The translations under genes were made by a program, and so were the position numbers. From assembly GCA_031409655.1 (NCBI GenBank), contig JANNXQ010000075.1, forward strand, positions 1 through 46,412: a stretch of DNA of 46,412 nt. Reading direction: 5' to 3'. This stretch comes from Chthoniobacteraceae bacterium. Lineage in GTDB: Bacteria; Verrucomicrobiota; Verrucomicrobiia; Chthoniobacterales; Chthoniobacteraceae. Positions 9,367 through 20,083 of this stretch are shown piece after piece (position 1 is the stretch's first letter; each line of letters opens with the position of its first letter). The notes below the pieces were generated by a model. That model had not been told where the DNA came from. It worked only from the letters and a program-made list of their open reading frames with translations, and ran no database searches.

Positions 9367-10023
9367 CTAAGGGATGATCAGCGACTGACCGATCTTGATC
9401 GTGGTCTTGCCGCCGAGGGCGTTGAAATTTGCATCGAGGATGTCCTTGGAACGCGCACGGTTTCGATAGTACTTCTGCGCGATGGAGGCCAGGGTGTCGC
9501 CCGCGGCGACGACATGGGTGCGCGCTCCGGGGGCGGCCACATCAGCCTTTCCGCGGACCACGGGCGTCGCGGGTTTTTTCCCGCGCAGTTCGGCGAGCTG
9601 CTTTTGGAGGAGCGCGTTTTCGTTTTTCAGCCGGACGGCTTCCCCCTGCGTCATCGGCGAACCGCTTTGCCCGGCCGACGCGAGACGACGCTCACTTTCC
9701 TGTTTCATGGACTTCGCTTCGCGAGCGCGCGGACCCTCCGGCGCGAGGTCGAGATAGCGATCGAGGTGATGCAGGGCATCCTTCGGCCGCTTCAACTTCG
9801 ATTCGTAGAGGAGCGCGAGTTTGTAGTGGGCGTCGGCGGATTTTTCCGTGCCATCAAAAGCCGACTCGTAGAGCCGCACCGCGCCGCGAAAATCACCGGT
9901 CGCCACTTTTTTGTCGGCGTCGAGGACGAGCCGATTTGCGTCCCGCGGGAAGATGCGGTCGCAGCCCGGCAAGGCCGCGAAGAGCAGAAGACCGACGCCG
10001 CTCCGCAGAAGCGCGCGTTTCAT
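9367..10023 (-). CDS. TPR + LysM lipoprotein
   Basis: Lipobox ALPGC; TPR-like AHYKLALLY; C-terminal LysM HVVAAGDTLASIAQKYY...IKIGQSLIIP; TGATG overlap with ppk2. Confidence 0.85.
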   Translation of the reverse strand: MKRALLRSGVGLLLFAALPGCDRIFPRDANRLVLDADKKVATGDFRGAVRLYESAFDGTEKSADAHYKLALLYESKLKRPKDALHHLDRYLDLAPEGPRAREAKSMKQESERRLASAGQSGSPMTQGEAVRLKNENALLQKQLAELRGKKPATPVVRGKADVAAPGARTHVVAAGDTLASIAQKYYRNRARSKDILDANFNALGGKTTIKIGQSLIIP

Positions 10024-10781
10024 CAGACCTTCCGGAACTTCGCCGCTCCCAGCGCATCCGCGATCGTGCGCACGACCCGCACGCGGGCGAACCACTTGAA
10101 GTTTGAGGGGATGACATGCCACGGCGCAACATCGGTGGATGTCTTCTCAAAGGTCTCCTCCGCGGCCTGATTGTGCTCCGTCCACTTCTTCCGATTCCGC
10201 CAGTCCTCATCGTTGATTTTCCAATGCTTGTAGGGATCGGCCTCGCGCCGCTTAAAGCGGTAGAGCTGCTCATCCTTCGAGATGTGCATGTAGAATTTCA
10301 GGAGGATGACGCCGTCATCCGCGAGCAGCCGCTCAAAGTCATTGATCTCCTGGTAGGCGCGCCGCCACTCCTTCTCCGTGGCGAAGCCCTCGACCCGCTC
10401 GACCAGCACGCGCCCATACCAGGAGCGGTCGAAGATGGTCATCTGACCGAAAGGCGGGAGCTTATTCCAAAAGCGCCAGAGGTAGTGATGCTGGTACTCT
10501 TCCTCCGTCGGCTTCACCACGGAATGCACACGGACGAGACGCGGATCGAGCCGCTCGACCACGCGTTTGATGGCGCCACCTTTGCCGGCAGCGTCCGGGC
10601 CTTCAAAGATCAGGATCACCGAGCTTTTCGTCTCCGTGAGTTCGCGCTGAAAGTTCAGCAGCTCGAGCTGCGCTTCTTTCAGCTTCGGCTTGTATTCAGA
10701 CTCCTCGAGCGACTTGTGGTCGAGATCTTCGAGGCGTTTCCCTTTTTTCAGGCCGATGGATTCTACGAGGACAGGCGGCAT
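10023..10781 (-). CDS. ppk2: Polyphosphate kinase 2 family protein
   Basis: FEGPDAAGKGG (Walker A), LDPR, FDRSWYGRVLVERV, WKINDEDWRNR. Confidence 0.93.
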   Translation of the reverse strand: MPPVLVESIGLKKGKRLEDLDHKSLEESEYKPKLKEAQLELLNFQRELTETKSSVILIFEGPDAAGKGGAIKRVVERLDPRLVRVHSVVKPTEEEYQHHYLWRFWNKLPPFGQMTIFDRSWYGRVLVERVEGFATEKEWRRAYQEINDFERLLADDGVILLKFYMHISKDEQLYRFKRREADPYKHWKINDEDWRNRKKWTEHNQAAEETFEKTSTDVAPWHVIPSNFKWFARVRVVRTIADALGAAKFRKV

Positions 10782-10970
10782 TGCTTCGCTTTATAGGGCG
10801 CGGGTCTGATTCTGCAAGCCACCGGACGGCGAGCGGAAACGAGTGGGTGCTTTTTCCAGAGAACCGCCAGCGATCCGCCCGGCCGGCGCGCGAATTTGCT
10901 CGTTAAGAAAGTTTTTATCACCGCTTGAACAACTCACCTCTTTCTCCATAGTCCCCGCCCACTCTCCCCG

Positions 10971-13565
10971 ATGAGCATCACCAGCGAACACGTCCGAAAG
11001 CACTTGAGGAGCATCCTGCTTCTCCCCCTCCTGCTTTCGCCACTCGCCGAAGTCCACGGCCAGTCGCCAGCGCGGGCTAGTCGGTCAGTCATCGATACGG
11101 AACGAGGTGGATATTTCACCTATCCGTATGCCGATCAGTGGAGCCGCTTCGGGGCGGAATTTGGGCGCACCAATTTCGAGTACGCCCAAATGCCAGCGAA
11201 CTCGATCAAGGGCATGCACGGGCGTCTGCAGCACTTTGCCGCAGTCGATAACCCGCCAAGCGGTCTCGCCTATTTTCCGTGGACTGAATTCCTCGCCTAC
11301 GACGCCGACGAAGTCGCGCAAGGCCGCCCCTCGCTGATCCCGACGGCGACCTATCAAGGCACGAAGCGTCCGCTCTACTTTAGCTACGGCGCCTACGACC
11401 CAACGAAGCCTTTCCAGCCCGTCAACGTTCGCGACGATCGCTTCGTCAAATTTTGGATCAAAAACTACGTGCGAGCGATCATGTCCGAGCCCTACGTGCA
11501 GAACTGGTGGATGGGCAACGATAACTGCACCTTCCGCTACAATCTCTATGGCGTGCTGGATAACAGCGGCACCTATGTGCAGAACGTCACCTGGGACGCG
11601 CCTTATCCGCAGAATGATACCGAATGGGTCTCCGCGAATCTCTACATGCTCGCCAAGGTGCGGGAGTGGGCGCCCAATATCCGGATCGTCTGCAACGATA
11701 TCGGCCTCAATGAAAGCCAGGCCGCTCGCCAAGCGGAGTTTATGCCCTACGTCGATGGCGTCATCCGCGAGGACTTCTGGATTCTCGCCGGTGGCGGGAG
11801 CGACTGGTATCGCAATGCCTTTTACGAATCGATGGCGCGCGGTGCCTACCGGGCTGGTCTGGGCAAGGTGGAGATCATCGAGGTGCCGATGGTGGCCACG
11901 GACACCGCGCAGCTCCGGCGCTCCTGGATGGCCTTCTTGATCTTTGGCGGCGAGAGTTGGTTCTTCGGCCCGAAAGACAATACGTCCCGCGAACTCAATC
12001 CGGCCTTGTGGGCGGACATGCGGAATCGCCTCGGCAAGCAAATGAGCCCAGCGCAAAGCATCGTGGAGGCTGGGCGCAGCGCGGGCTTCCGCCTCTACTC
12101 GCGGGAGTGTGAAGGTGGGATCGCTTATCTGAATTGGACGGGGGGTAATAAGACGATCTCGCTCCCTGCTGGCCGTAATTATTACAACCGCTCGGGCACT
12201 CAGATCACCAGCATCACCCTGGCGGACATGGTCGGCGACTACGTCCTCTTTTCACCGACGGCACGCGTCTCCTGGCCAGCGATTAACTCCCGCTATGAGG
12301 GACCGGTCACCGGCCCGGTCAGCGTGAAGATGGATATCGACCCGGTCTTCGGCACCGGCGCGACGATCCGCTACACCACCGACGGCTCCGATCCCACAGC
12401 ATCCTCACCGACTTACAACACTCCGATCGCCCTTTCGAGCAGCGCCACGGTCAAGGCGCGCGCCTTCAAGGCCGGGCAACTCGAGAGCTTCGTCAACGCT
12501 GCCACCTACTCGGTCCTTTCGATTTCGCCCGCGGTTGAATTTCACCTGAGCGCGGATGAAGGGAGCGAGTTTCTGGCCAAGGACTACCCGCTCGTGAAAC
12601 TGGCGAATGTCTCCTCGGCGACCGTTCAGGTAAGTTATTCTGTGACCGGCGGCAGCGCGACCAATGGCACCGATTACACTCTGGCCTCCGGCACCGTGAC
12701 CTTTCCTCCGGGTGAGCAACATCGTTACTTCAAGATCCCGATTACGAACGATCCTGTGGACGAGGCCAATGAGACCATTCAGGTCACGCTTTCCAACCCG
12801 GTGAACGCAACCCTCGGGACAAAGGCTACCTACACTTACACGATCATCGATAATGACGTCTCGGCCAACCAGGCACCCGTGGTCAATATCACGAACCCGA
12901 CAAATGGAGCGAGCGTCACCATCCCAACGAACTTGACCGCCAGCGTCACGGACGACGGCTTGCCAGGCCCCACCAGCACGCTCGTCACGCAATGGAGCAA
13001 GCAGGCCGGCCCCGGCAGCGTCACTTTCGCCGCACCCTCCGCTCTCAGCACCAGCGCCCACTTTTCGCTTCCCGGCTCCTATATTCTGCGCCTCACCGCG
13101 ACCGATGGACCACTCACGACGATCCGCGATGTGGCCGTCAATGTACGCGACAACTACACCGCGTGGACGAATCGCTACGGGCTCTCGGGCTCAAATCCCG
13201 ACGTGGATCGCGACGGCGTCTCCGACCTTGCCGAGTATGCCCTCGGCGGCCATCCGACGACGCCGTCAAATGCCCCGCGACCGCAGTCGGGCATCCTCGG
13301 CAACCGCCTTGCCCTGACCTTCCCACAGGATCCTTCGTTGACAGACCTGACCCTCACGGTCTGGGGCACGGACGACGGAAGCGCACCGTGGACGCCCCTC
13401 GCCTCGAGCGTCGGCGGGGGTCCGTTCACCATCCTTTTTCCCGGAGCCAGCGCCACCTCGACCCCCAATGGCTCGCTGCTCCATATCGAGATCCGTGACG
13501 CTTACACCGTGGGAGGTCCCAATGGCCGCGGACGCCTGCTCAAACTCCGGATTGAACGGCCGTAG
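10971..13565 (+). CDS. Secreted putative glycoside hydrolase (GHL15-like TIM barrel) + Fn3-assoc + Calx-beta + PKD-like + C-terminal DxDxDG domain
   Basis: Signal peptide; WMGNDN, DGVIREDF, RLYSRECEGGIAYLN; IRYTTDGSDPT; GTVTFPPGE...DEANETIQVTLSNP; VTDDGLP...PGSYILRLTATDG. Confidence 0.72.
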   Translation: MSITSEHVRKHLRSILLLPLLLSPLAEVHGQSPARASRSVIDTERGGYFTYPYADQWSRFGAEFGRTNFEYAQMPANSIKGMHGRLQHFAAVDNPPSGLAYFPWTEFLAYDADEVAQGRPSLIPTATYQGTKRPLYFSYGAYDPTKPFQPVNVRDDRFVKFWIKNYVRAIMSEPYVQNWWMGNDNCTFRYNLYGVLDNSGTYVQNVTWDAPYPQNDTEWVSANLYMLAKVREWAPNIRIVCNDIGLNESQAARQAEFMPYVDGVIREDFWILAGGGSDWYRNAFYESMARGAYRAGLGKVEIIEVPMVATDTAQLRRSWMAFLIFGGESWFFGPKDNTSRELNPALWADMRNRLGKQMSPAQSIVEAGRSAGFRLYSRECEGGIAYLNWTGGNKTISLPAGRNYYNRSGTQITSITLADMVGDYVLFSPTARVSWPAINSRYEGPVTGPVSVKMDIDPVFGTGATIRYTTDGSDPTASSPTYNTPIALSSSATVKARAFKAGQLESFVNAATYSVLSISPAVEFHLSADEGSEFLAKDYPLVKLANVSSATVQVSYSVTGGSATNGTDYTLASGTVTFPPGEQHRYFKIPITNDPVDEANETIQVTLSNPVNATLGTKATYTYTIIDNDVSANQAPVVNITNPTNGASVTIPTNLTASVTDDGLPGPTSTLVTQWSKQAGPGSVTFAAPSALSTSAHFSLPGSYILRLTATDGPLTTIRDVAVNVRDNYTAWTNRYGLSGSNPDVDRDGVSDLAEYALGGHPTTPSNAPRPQSGILGNRLALTFPQDPSLTDLTLTVWGTDDGSAPWTPLASSVGGGPFTILFPGASATSTPNGSLLHIEIRDAYTVGGPNGRGRLLKLRIERP

Positions 13566-13574
13566 ATCACCCGC

Positions 13575-13718
13575 CTAGCCACGTAATTCGCGCTTGCGAT
13601 GTTCGCTCGGCGGCATGCCAAAGCTTTTCCGGAACTGCCGCGCGAAATAGTTTCTGTCGTTAAAGCCCGCCTTGAAGGCCGCAGAGGTCACGTCTTCCTC
13701 CGCACGCCGGAGTCTGGT
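13575..13718 (-). pseudogene. AraC-family (RhaS/RhaR-like) regulator, C-terminal HTH remnant
   Basis: Hand translation gives TRLRRAEEDVTSAAFKAGFNDRNYFARQFRKSFGMPPSEHRKRELRG*, an AraC second-HTH signature; in-frame TAG immediately upstream. Confidence 0.82.
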
Positions 13719-13852
13719 CTAACTTTTTCGGCGCGATGTGGGGGCTGGGCGGACTCACCTTTGGCTTGCTCACCACCGTGCTCGCCTTGCTCATTTTTTC
13801 CACCATCATCGTCGGCTGCGGCAACTGCCTCGGCGGATCCGCCACTCACTGA
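13715..13852 (+). pseudogene. rhaT: L-rhamnose/H+ symporter remnant (internal deletion)
   Basis: WSNFFGAMWGLGGLTFGL joined directly to LTTVLALLIFSTIIVGCGNCLGGSATH*: the RhaT WG(I/L)GGLTFGL motif fused to a RhaT-like C-terminus, 9 bp before rhaA. Confidence 0.72.
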
Positions 13853-13861
13853 CCCACTCTT

Positions 13862-15124
13862 ATGACTACCCCCATCGAACGCGCCTACGAACTCGCGCAA
13901 GCACGCTACTCCGAACTTGGCGTCGATACCGAAGCCGCGCTCGCCGCGCTGGCGAAGATCCCCATCTCCCTGCACTGCTGGCAGGGCGATGATGTCGGCG
14001 GATTTGAAAAGTCCGGCGGCGAACTCGGTGGCGGCCTCGCCGTCACCGGCAACTATCCCGGCAAGGCGCGCACTGCGGATGAGCTGCGCGGTGATCTCGA
14101 AAAAGCGCTCTCGCTGATTCCCGGCAGCCATCGGCTGAACCTGCACGCGTGTTACGCGGAGCTCGGTGGGAAGAAGGTCGAGCGCAGCGACTACACGATC
14201 GAGCAATTCCAGGGCTGGGTGGATTGGTGCAAGGCGCAGGGGCTCGGCATGGATTTCAACCCGTCCTATTTCGCGCACCCGCTGGCGGCGGATGGGCTGA
14301 CCCTTTCACACCAGGATAAAGGCGTGCGCCAATACTGGATCGAGCACGGCATCGCCTGCCGGCGCATCGCCGCGGAAGCCGGACGGCAACTCGGCAAGAC
14401 CGTCGTGACGAACTTCTGGATCCCCGACGGCAGCAAAGATCAACCGGCAGATCGCAAGGCTCCGCGCGAACGTCTCGCCGCCGCGCTCGATGCGATCTTC
14501 GCCCCGCCGATTGATCCGAAGCTGAATCTCGACGCCGTGGAGTCGAAGCTCTTCGGCATCGGCAGCGAAAGTTACGTCGTTGGTTCGCACGAGTTTTACC
14601 TCGGCTACGCGATCACACGGCAGAAGCTCTACTGCCTTGATGCAGGTCACTTTCACCCCACCGAGTCGATCGCGGACAAGATCTCCTCGGTGCTGCAATT
14701 TGTCCCCGCTCTGCTGCTCCACGTCTCGCGAGGGGTGCGCTGGGACAGCGACCACGTCGTGCTGCTCGATGATCCGACGCGGGCGATCATGGAGGAAGTG
14801 GTGCGCGGCGGTTTCCTCGGGCGCACGTCCATCGGCCTCGATTTCTTCGATGCGAGTATCAATCGCATCGCCGCCTGGGTCATTGGCACGCGCAACGCGA
14901 TCAAGGCGCTGCTCCTCCCGCTGCTCGAGCCCACCGCGAAGCTGCGCGCCACCGAAGCCGCGGGTGACTTCACGGGACGCCTGGCTTTGTTGGAGGAGTT
15001 GAAGTCGATGCCTTTCGGAGCGGTGTGGGACGAGCATTGCCGCCGCGCCAATGTGCCGATCGGCACCGCGTGGCTCGAGGAAGTGCGGAGCTACGAGAAA
15101 GCCGTCCTCTCCAAGCGCGTATGA
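13862..15124 (+). CDS. rhaA: L-rhamnose isomerase
   Basis: [71 protein letters not shown]. Confidence 0.97.
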   Translation: MTTPIERAYELAQARYSELGVDTEAALAALAKIPISLHCWQGDDVGGFEKSGGELGGGLAVTGNYPGKARTADELRGDLEKALSLIPGSHRLNLHACYAELGGKKVERSDYTIEQFQGWVDWCKAQGLGMDFNPSYFAHPLAADGLTLSHQDKGVRQYWIEHGIACRRIAAEAGRQLGKTVVTNFWIPDGSKDQPADRKAPRERLAAALDAIFAPPIDPKLNLDAVESKLFGIGSESYVVGSHEFYLGYAITRQKLYCLDAGHFHPTESIADKISSVLQFVPALLLHVSRGVRWDSDHVVLLDDPTRAIMEEVVRGGFLGRTSIGLDFFDASINRIAAWVIGTRNAIKALLLPLLEPTAKLRATEAAGDFTGRLALLEELKSMPFGAVWDEHCRRANVPIGTAWLEEVRSYEKAVLSKRV

Positions 15125-18100
15125 AAACACTCGCTCTTCTCTTCGCCTTCATCGGGGGCAGCGCGCTCGCGCAGGTGCCGGTGAAGGCCGGGCCGTCGCC
15201 GATCCGCTCGTGGCCCATCGCGCCGACGCGCGTCGTCTGGCAGAGCGATGCGGGCGTGCAGAACTCTGCAAACCTGCTCCAGCCCAAGCCCGGCCAGACC
15301 GTGCTGAAGGAACCGCAGCCGCCCTGCGTGCTCACGCCCACCGAAGGCCAGCCCGCCGCCATCCTGCTCGATTTCGGCACGGAGGTGAACGGGATGATCG
15401 AGATCTTCACGCCGATCACCAAGGGAAAGGAGCCGCGCTCGGTGCGCGTGCGTTTCGGCGAATCCGTGAGCGAAGCGATGGCCGAACTCGGCGAGCGCGA
15501 CTCGCAAAACGATCATGCCATGCGCGACCAGACGGTCGTGCTCCCGTGGCTCGGCAAGAAGACCGTGGGTCCGAGCGGCTTTCGTTTTGTCCGCATCGAC
15601 GCGCTCGATCCGAAGACGCCCGTCTCGCTCAGCCAGGTCCGCGCCGTCCTGCAAATGCGCGACCTGCCGCGGGTCGGTTCCTTCAAATGCAGTGACGAGC
15701 GGCTGAACAAAATCTGGGAGACCGGTGCCTACACCGTGCAACTCAACATGCAGGAGTACCTGTGGGACGGCATCAAACGCGACCGCCTCGTCTGGATCGG
15801 CGACATGCATCCCGAGGTCAGCACCATCAATGCAGTCTTCGGCTTTAACGAAGTCGTCACCCAATCCCTCGACCTCACGCGTGATGTCACCCCGGTGAAG
15901 GAATGGATGAATGGCATCTCGAGTTACTCGATGTGGTGGGTGCTCATTCACGAGGAAATGTGGATGCACCACGGCGACCGCGCGTATCTCGCGGCGCAGC
16001 AGGCTTACCTCGCGCCGTTGCTGAAGAAGCTCGCCGGCCTCATCGGACCCGATGGCCGGGAGCGCATCGACGGCATGCGTTTCCTCGACTGGCCGAGCTC
16101 CCCCAACCAGCAGGGCGTCACCGCGGGCTTGCAGGCGCTGCTCGTGATGACGCTCGAAAGCGGCGCGCGCCTCCTGACTACGCTCGGCGACGCCGACACG
16201 GCGCAGCTTTGCACCGCAGCCGCGGCGCGCGGACGCCGGATCGTGCCCGACGTGAACGCCTCAAAATCCGGCGCCGCCCTGCTCGCCCTCGCGGGCATGA
16301 GAAACGCCGAGCGCACCGCCGACGAAGTGCTCAAGGTCGGCGGCCCCAAAGGCGTCTCGACCTTCTACGGCTTCTACGTGTTGCAGGCGCTGGCCAAGTC
16401 CGGCGACATCGACACCGCGCTCGACTTCATCAGCCAGTACTGGGGCGCGATGCTCGACTTCGGCGCGACGACTTTCTGGGAGGACTTTGATCTCGCGTGG
16501 ACCAAGGACGCCGGGCGCATCGATGAACTCGTGCCGCCGGGAAAGAAAGATCTGCACGGCGACTTCGGCGCGTATTGCTACGTCGGTTTCCGCCACAGCC
16601 TCTGCCACGGTTGGGCGAGCGGACCGACGGCGTGGCTCAGCCAAAATGTACTCGGCGTGCGCCCGCTCGACCCCGGCTTTAAGCGGGTCCGCATCGCACC
16701 GCAACTCGGACGGCTCGCGTGGGCGGAGGGCGCATATCCCACCCCGCTCGGGCCGATCAAGGTGCGCCACGAACGGCAGCCGGATGGCAGCGTGAAGTCG
16801 GACATTTCAGCGCCGGCCGGAGTCATCGTGGAGCGCGACCGCCCCACCCTCCGCGTGAAGCAACTCCGCACCGAATACCTCTCCCATCCCGAAGGCATCG
16901 AAGCCGCGCAACCGCGCCTCCAGTGGCAACTCGACTCCACCTTGCGCGGACAAAAGCAGGCCGCGTATCGCCTGCTCGTCGCCAGTTCTGCCAAGGCGCT
17001 CGCGCGTGACGAAGGCGACCTGTGGGACAGCGGCAAAGTAACGAGCGATGCCACCACGCAGATTACCTACGCGGGCAAACCGCTGGCCTCGGGGCAGCCG
17101 TGTTTTTGGAAAGTGCAGGCGTGGGACAAGGACGGCACCGCCTCCGCCTGGAGCGAGCCCGCGCAGTGGAGCATGGGTCTGCTCAAGCCGGAGGATTGGA
17201 AGGCGCAGTGGATTTCTTTCCGCGACGAAACCCCGCTGCACACCGAGCGCCCGAAGCTGCACCTGCCGCCCGCGCGGCATTACCGAAAGGACTTCGACGC
17301 CCCGCGCACGGTGCAACGCGCGACCCTCTACTTCTCCGTGCTCGGCATCGCCGAGCTGCAGCTCAATGGACGCAATGTCGGCGACGCTTGGTTTGAGAGC
17401 GGCTGGGCGGACTATGCAAAGCGTGCCTACTACCGCACCCACGATGTCACCGCGCTCGTGAAACAAGGCCAAAACCGGATCGGTGCGATCGTCGCCGATG
17501 GCTGGTATGCGGGTTACGTCGGCTACGGCATGCTCGTCGGTTACGGCCCCGGCAAGACGGGCCGCAACATCTACGGCAAGACGCCCGCGCTGCTCGCGCA
17601 ACTCGACCTCGAGTATGCCGACGGCACCCGCGAAACCATCGGCACCGACGCGACCTGGCAGACGAGCGGCGACGGACCGATCCGCGAGGCGGACATGCTC
17701 ATGGGTGAAAATTACGACGCCCGCCGCGATAATCCGAAATGGTATCGAGGCAAAGAGCCGGGCGAGCCATATGAGCTCTCTGATCCAGTTTCCACGACGG
17801 TGCATTTCAATCAGCCATTTGCTTGGAAATGGCAGCCCGCGATCCCTGCCGAGGCAAACGGCAGCACCAAGGCAAAGTTCTTCGAGCCGGGGATTGAGCG
17901 AGAGATCAATCTCGGCTTTCAAAAGCCACTGAAACTCGTGGCGTACACTGCGCCTCCGATTCGCGTCCTTGAGGAACTCCCCGCGCAGCGCATCACCGAG
18001 CCGAAGCCGGGCACTTACATTTTCGACCTCGGACAAAACATCGCCGGGGTGATCCGGCTGAAAGTGAAAGGCCTGGCGGGAACCGTGGTGCAGATCCGCC

Positions 18101-19734
18101 ACGGCGAGATGCTGCACCAAGACGGCCGCCTGATGACGGAGAACCTGCGCAAAGCGCGCGCGACGGATTTCTACACCCTGCGCGGCGATGCGGCTGGCGA
18201 AACGTGGCAGCCGCAGTTCACCTATCACGGCTTCCAATTCGTCGAACTCACTGGCTTGCCCGAAAAACCCGCACTCGACGCTGTGACCGGACTCGTGTTG
18301 AGCAACGACACGCCCGCCGCCGGTGAGTTTGCGTGCAGCGATCCGGTGATGACGCAATTCTGGAAGAACACCGTCCGCACCCAGCGCGCGAACTTCCTCG
18401 AAGTGCCGACCGACTGCCCGCAGCGCGACGAACGCCTCGGCTGGATGGGCGACGCGCAGATCTACGCGCGCACCGCGAGTTACAACGCCGATGTCTCCGC
18501 CTTCTTCACCAAGTGGCTCGACGATCTCGAAGAAGCACAGCGCGACTCCGGCGCGTATCCCGACTACGCCCCCTACCCCTTTGCCCATGGCAAACCCGGC
18601 GCCACCCACGGCACCGCGTGGACCGATGCCGGCGTCATTTGTCCGTGGACGATCTGGCAGGTCTATGGCGACACGCGCGTGCTCGATCGGCACTGGGCCT
18701 CAATGACGAAGTTCATGGATTGGCGGAGTAAGTCCGACCCTGCCTTGAAAGGCATCAGCCTCGGCAACACTTGGGGTGACTGGCTCAATCTCGGCGAAAA
18801 CACCCCCATCGAATACATCGACCTTTGTTACCACTTCACCGCCGCGCGCCTCATGGCGCAGATGGCCGAAGCGCTCGGCAGAAAAGCCGAAGCGGCAGAT
18901 TACACCGCGCGGATGGCAAAGCTCGCCGCGAACTTCAAGAGCCAGTTTGTGAAGCCCGACGGCGCCTTGACGGTCGAAACGCAGACGGCCGCCGTGCTCG
19001 CATTCTCGACCGGCATCATCGCGCCCTCTGCAAAGGACGGGGAATCGCCGTGGCTCGCGTCCGTCGCCGAGAGTCTCGTGGCTCGGATCGAAAAGAACGG
19101 CTTCCGCATGGCCACCGGTTTCCTCGGCACGAAACCGCTGCTCCCCGTGCTCACCGAAACCGGCCATCACGATCTCGCCGTCCGCCTCTTCCAGAGCCGC
19201 ACCTTCCCCTCGTGGGGTTACGAAGTTGAGCAAGGCGCGACCAGCGTCTGGGAACGCTGGGATAGTTTCACCAAGGAAAACGGCTTTGACGGCGCGACCG
19301 GCAAGAACAACGCCGCGATGAATTCCTTCAGCCACTACGCCTTCGGAGCGGTGATGCAGTGGGGCTTCCAAACCCTCGCCGGTATCGACACCGACGGCCC
19401 CGGCTACCGCCGAATCCTCATCCGCCCCAGCCCGCCCTCGCCCAATGCGACCGGCGAGCCGCAGCCCATCGACTGGGTAAAAGCGCACTACGATTCCATC
19501 CAAGGCCGCATCAGCAGCGAATGGCGCACGACTGGCGCAGACTTTGAGTTACTCACCACGATCCCGCCGAATACGACTGCGACCGTTTTCCTCCCAGCCA
19601 AAGACGCGGCCTCCGTGACCGAAGGCGGCAAGCCGCTCGCCGAAGTACCGGGAGCAAGGCTGTTGCGCATCGAAGGTGATCGAGCCGTTCTCGCGGTCGA
19701 GTCCGGAAGCTACCACTTCCAGACCCGCCGCTGA
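15121..19734 (+). CDS. Secreted alpha-L-rhamnosidase with two tandem GH78 modules
   Basis: ATGA overlap with rhaA; signal peptide; module 1 [13 protein letters not shown]...GATTFWE...SLCHGW; module 2 [16 protein letters not shown]...GATSVWERW...[10 protein letters not shown]. Confidence 0.92.
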   Translation: MKTLALLFAFIGGSALAQVPVKAGPSPIRSWPIAPTRVVWQSDAGVQNSANLLQPKPGQTVLKEPQPPCVLTPTEGQPAAILLDFGTEVNGMIEIFTPITKGKEPRSVRVRFGESVSEAMAELGERDSQNDHAMRDQTVVLPWLGKKTVGPSGFRFVRIDALDPKTPVSLSQVRAVLQMRDLPRVGSFKCSDERLNKIWETGAYTVQLNMQEYLWDGIKRDRLVWIGDMHPEVSTINAVFGFNEVVTQSLDLTRDVTPVKEWMNGISSYSMWWVLIHEEMWMHHGDRAYLAAQQAYLAPLLKKLAGLIGPDGRERIDGMRFLDWPSSPNQQGVTAGLQALLVMTLESGARLLTTLGDADTAQLCTAAAARGRRIVPDVNASKSGAALLALAGMRNAERTADEVLKVGGPKGVSTFYGFYVLQALAKSGDIDTALDFISQYWGAMLDFGATTFWEDFDLAWTKDAGRIDELVPPGKKDLHGDFGAYCYVGFRHSLCHGWASGPTAWLSQNVLGVRPLDPGFKRVRIAPQLGRLAWAEGAYPTPLGPIKVRHERQPDGSVKSDISAPAGVIVERDRPTLRVKQLRTEYLSHPEGIEAAQPRLQWQLDSTLRGQKQAAYRLLVASSAKALARDEGDLWDSGKVTSDATTQITYAGKPLASGQPCFWKVQAWDKDGTASAWSEPAQWSMGLLKPEDWKAQWISFRDETPLHTERPKLHLPPARHYRKDFDAPRTVQRATLYFSVLGIAELQLNGRNVGDAWFESGWADYAKRAYYRTHDVTALVKQGQNRIGAIVADGWYAGYVGYGMLVGYGPGKTGRNIYGKTPALLAQLDLEYADGTRETIGTDATWQTSGDGPIREADMLMGENYDARRDNPKWYRGKEPGEPYELSDPVSTTVHFNQPFAWKWQPAIPAEANGSTKAKFFEPGIEREINLGFQKPLKLVAYTAPPIRVLEELPAQRITEPKPGTYIFDLGQNIAGVIRLKVKGLAGTVVQIRHGEMLHQDGRLMTENLRKARATDFYTLRGDAAGETWQPQFTYHGFQFVELTGLPEKPALDAVTGLVLSNDTPAAGEFACSDPVMTQFWKNTVRTQRANFLEVPTDCPQRDERLGWMGDAQIYARTASYNADVSAFFTKWLDDLEEAQRDSGAYPDYAPYPFAHGKPGATHGTAWTDAGVICPWTIWQVYGDTRVLDRHWASMTKFMDWRSKSDPALKGISLGNTWGDWLNLGENTPIEYIDLCYHFTAARLMAQMAEALGRKAEAADYTARMAKLAANFKSQFVKPDGALTVETQTAAVLAFSTGIIAPSAKDGESPWLASVAESLVARIEKNGFRMATGFLGTKPLLPVLTETGHHDLAVRLFQSRTFPSWGYEVEQGATSVWERWDSFTKENGFDGATGKNNAAMNSFSHYAFGAVMQWGFQTLAGIDTDGPGYRRILIRPSPPSPNATGEPQPIDWVKAHYDSIQGRISSEWRTTGADFELLTTIPPNTTATVFLPAKDAASVTEGGKPLAEVPGARLLRIEGDRAVLAVESGSYHFQTRR

Positions 19735-19881
19735 TCTCGTCACCCACGGCATTCGAGATCCCCGGGGAGGAAGCGATGCGCGCCGGGCCATGGGAGCGCG
19801 GGCCTAACGGGCTTTCAAACCGGTTCCCCGCAACCAAACAAACGACAAACGAATTTCCTCAAAATTAGCGCAGTCGGAAGC

Positions 19882-19971
19882 TGGCGGTGAGGGAGGGATT
19901 TGAACCCTCGATACCCTTTCGAGTATGCCGCTTTAGCAAAGCGGTGCTTTCGACCACTCAGCCACCTCACC
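19882..19971 (-). tRNA. tRNA-Ser(GCT)
   Basis: GGTGAGG acceptor stem, anticodon arm CCGCT-TTGCTAA-AGCGG, long variable arm, GGTTCAAATCC, encoded CCA. Confidence 0.96.
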
Positions 19972-19985
19972 GGTCTATGACGCGA

Positions 19986-20014
19986 AGTAAAGCGGACGAT
20001 CCGAGGAGCGTCAA
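19986..20014 (-). promoter_or_regulatory. Putative sigma70 promoter of tRNA-Ser
   Basis: TTGACG-N17-TTTACT on the minus strand just upstream of the tRNA. Confidence 0.45.
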
Positions 20015-20083
20015 AAGAAAATCCTCCCCCTTCTCCGATCCGCCGAGATTGCCGTTCGGCGCCGTCTTTTGCGGGACAGAAAA

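Noticed and set aside
17735..17830. AT-richer patch inside the rhamnosidase as an inserted element
   Set aside because: In frame, short and without terminal repeats; most simply a variable loop.
16807..18693. Long antisense ORFs (also 7159-8784, 20069-21436, 28875-30599, 39992-41314, 42239-43345)
   Set aside because: Shadows of well-supported genes in high-GC DNA; no motifs of their own.
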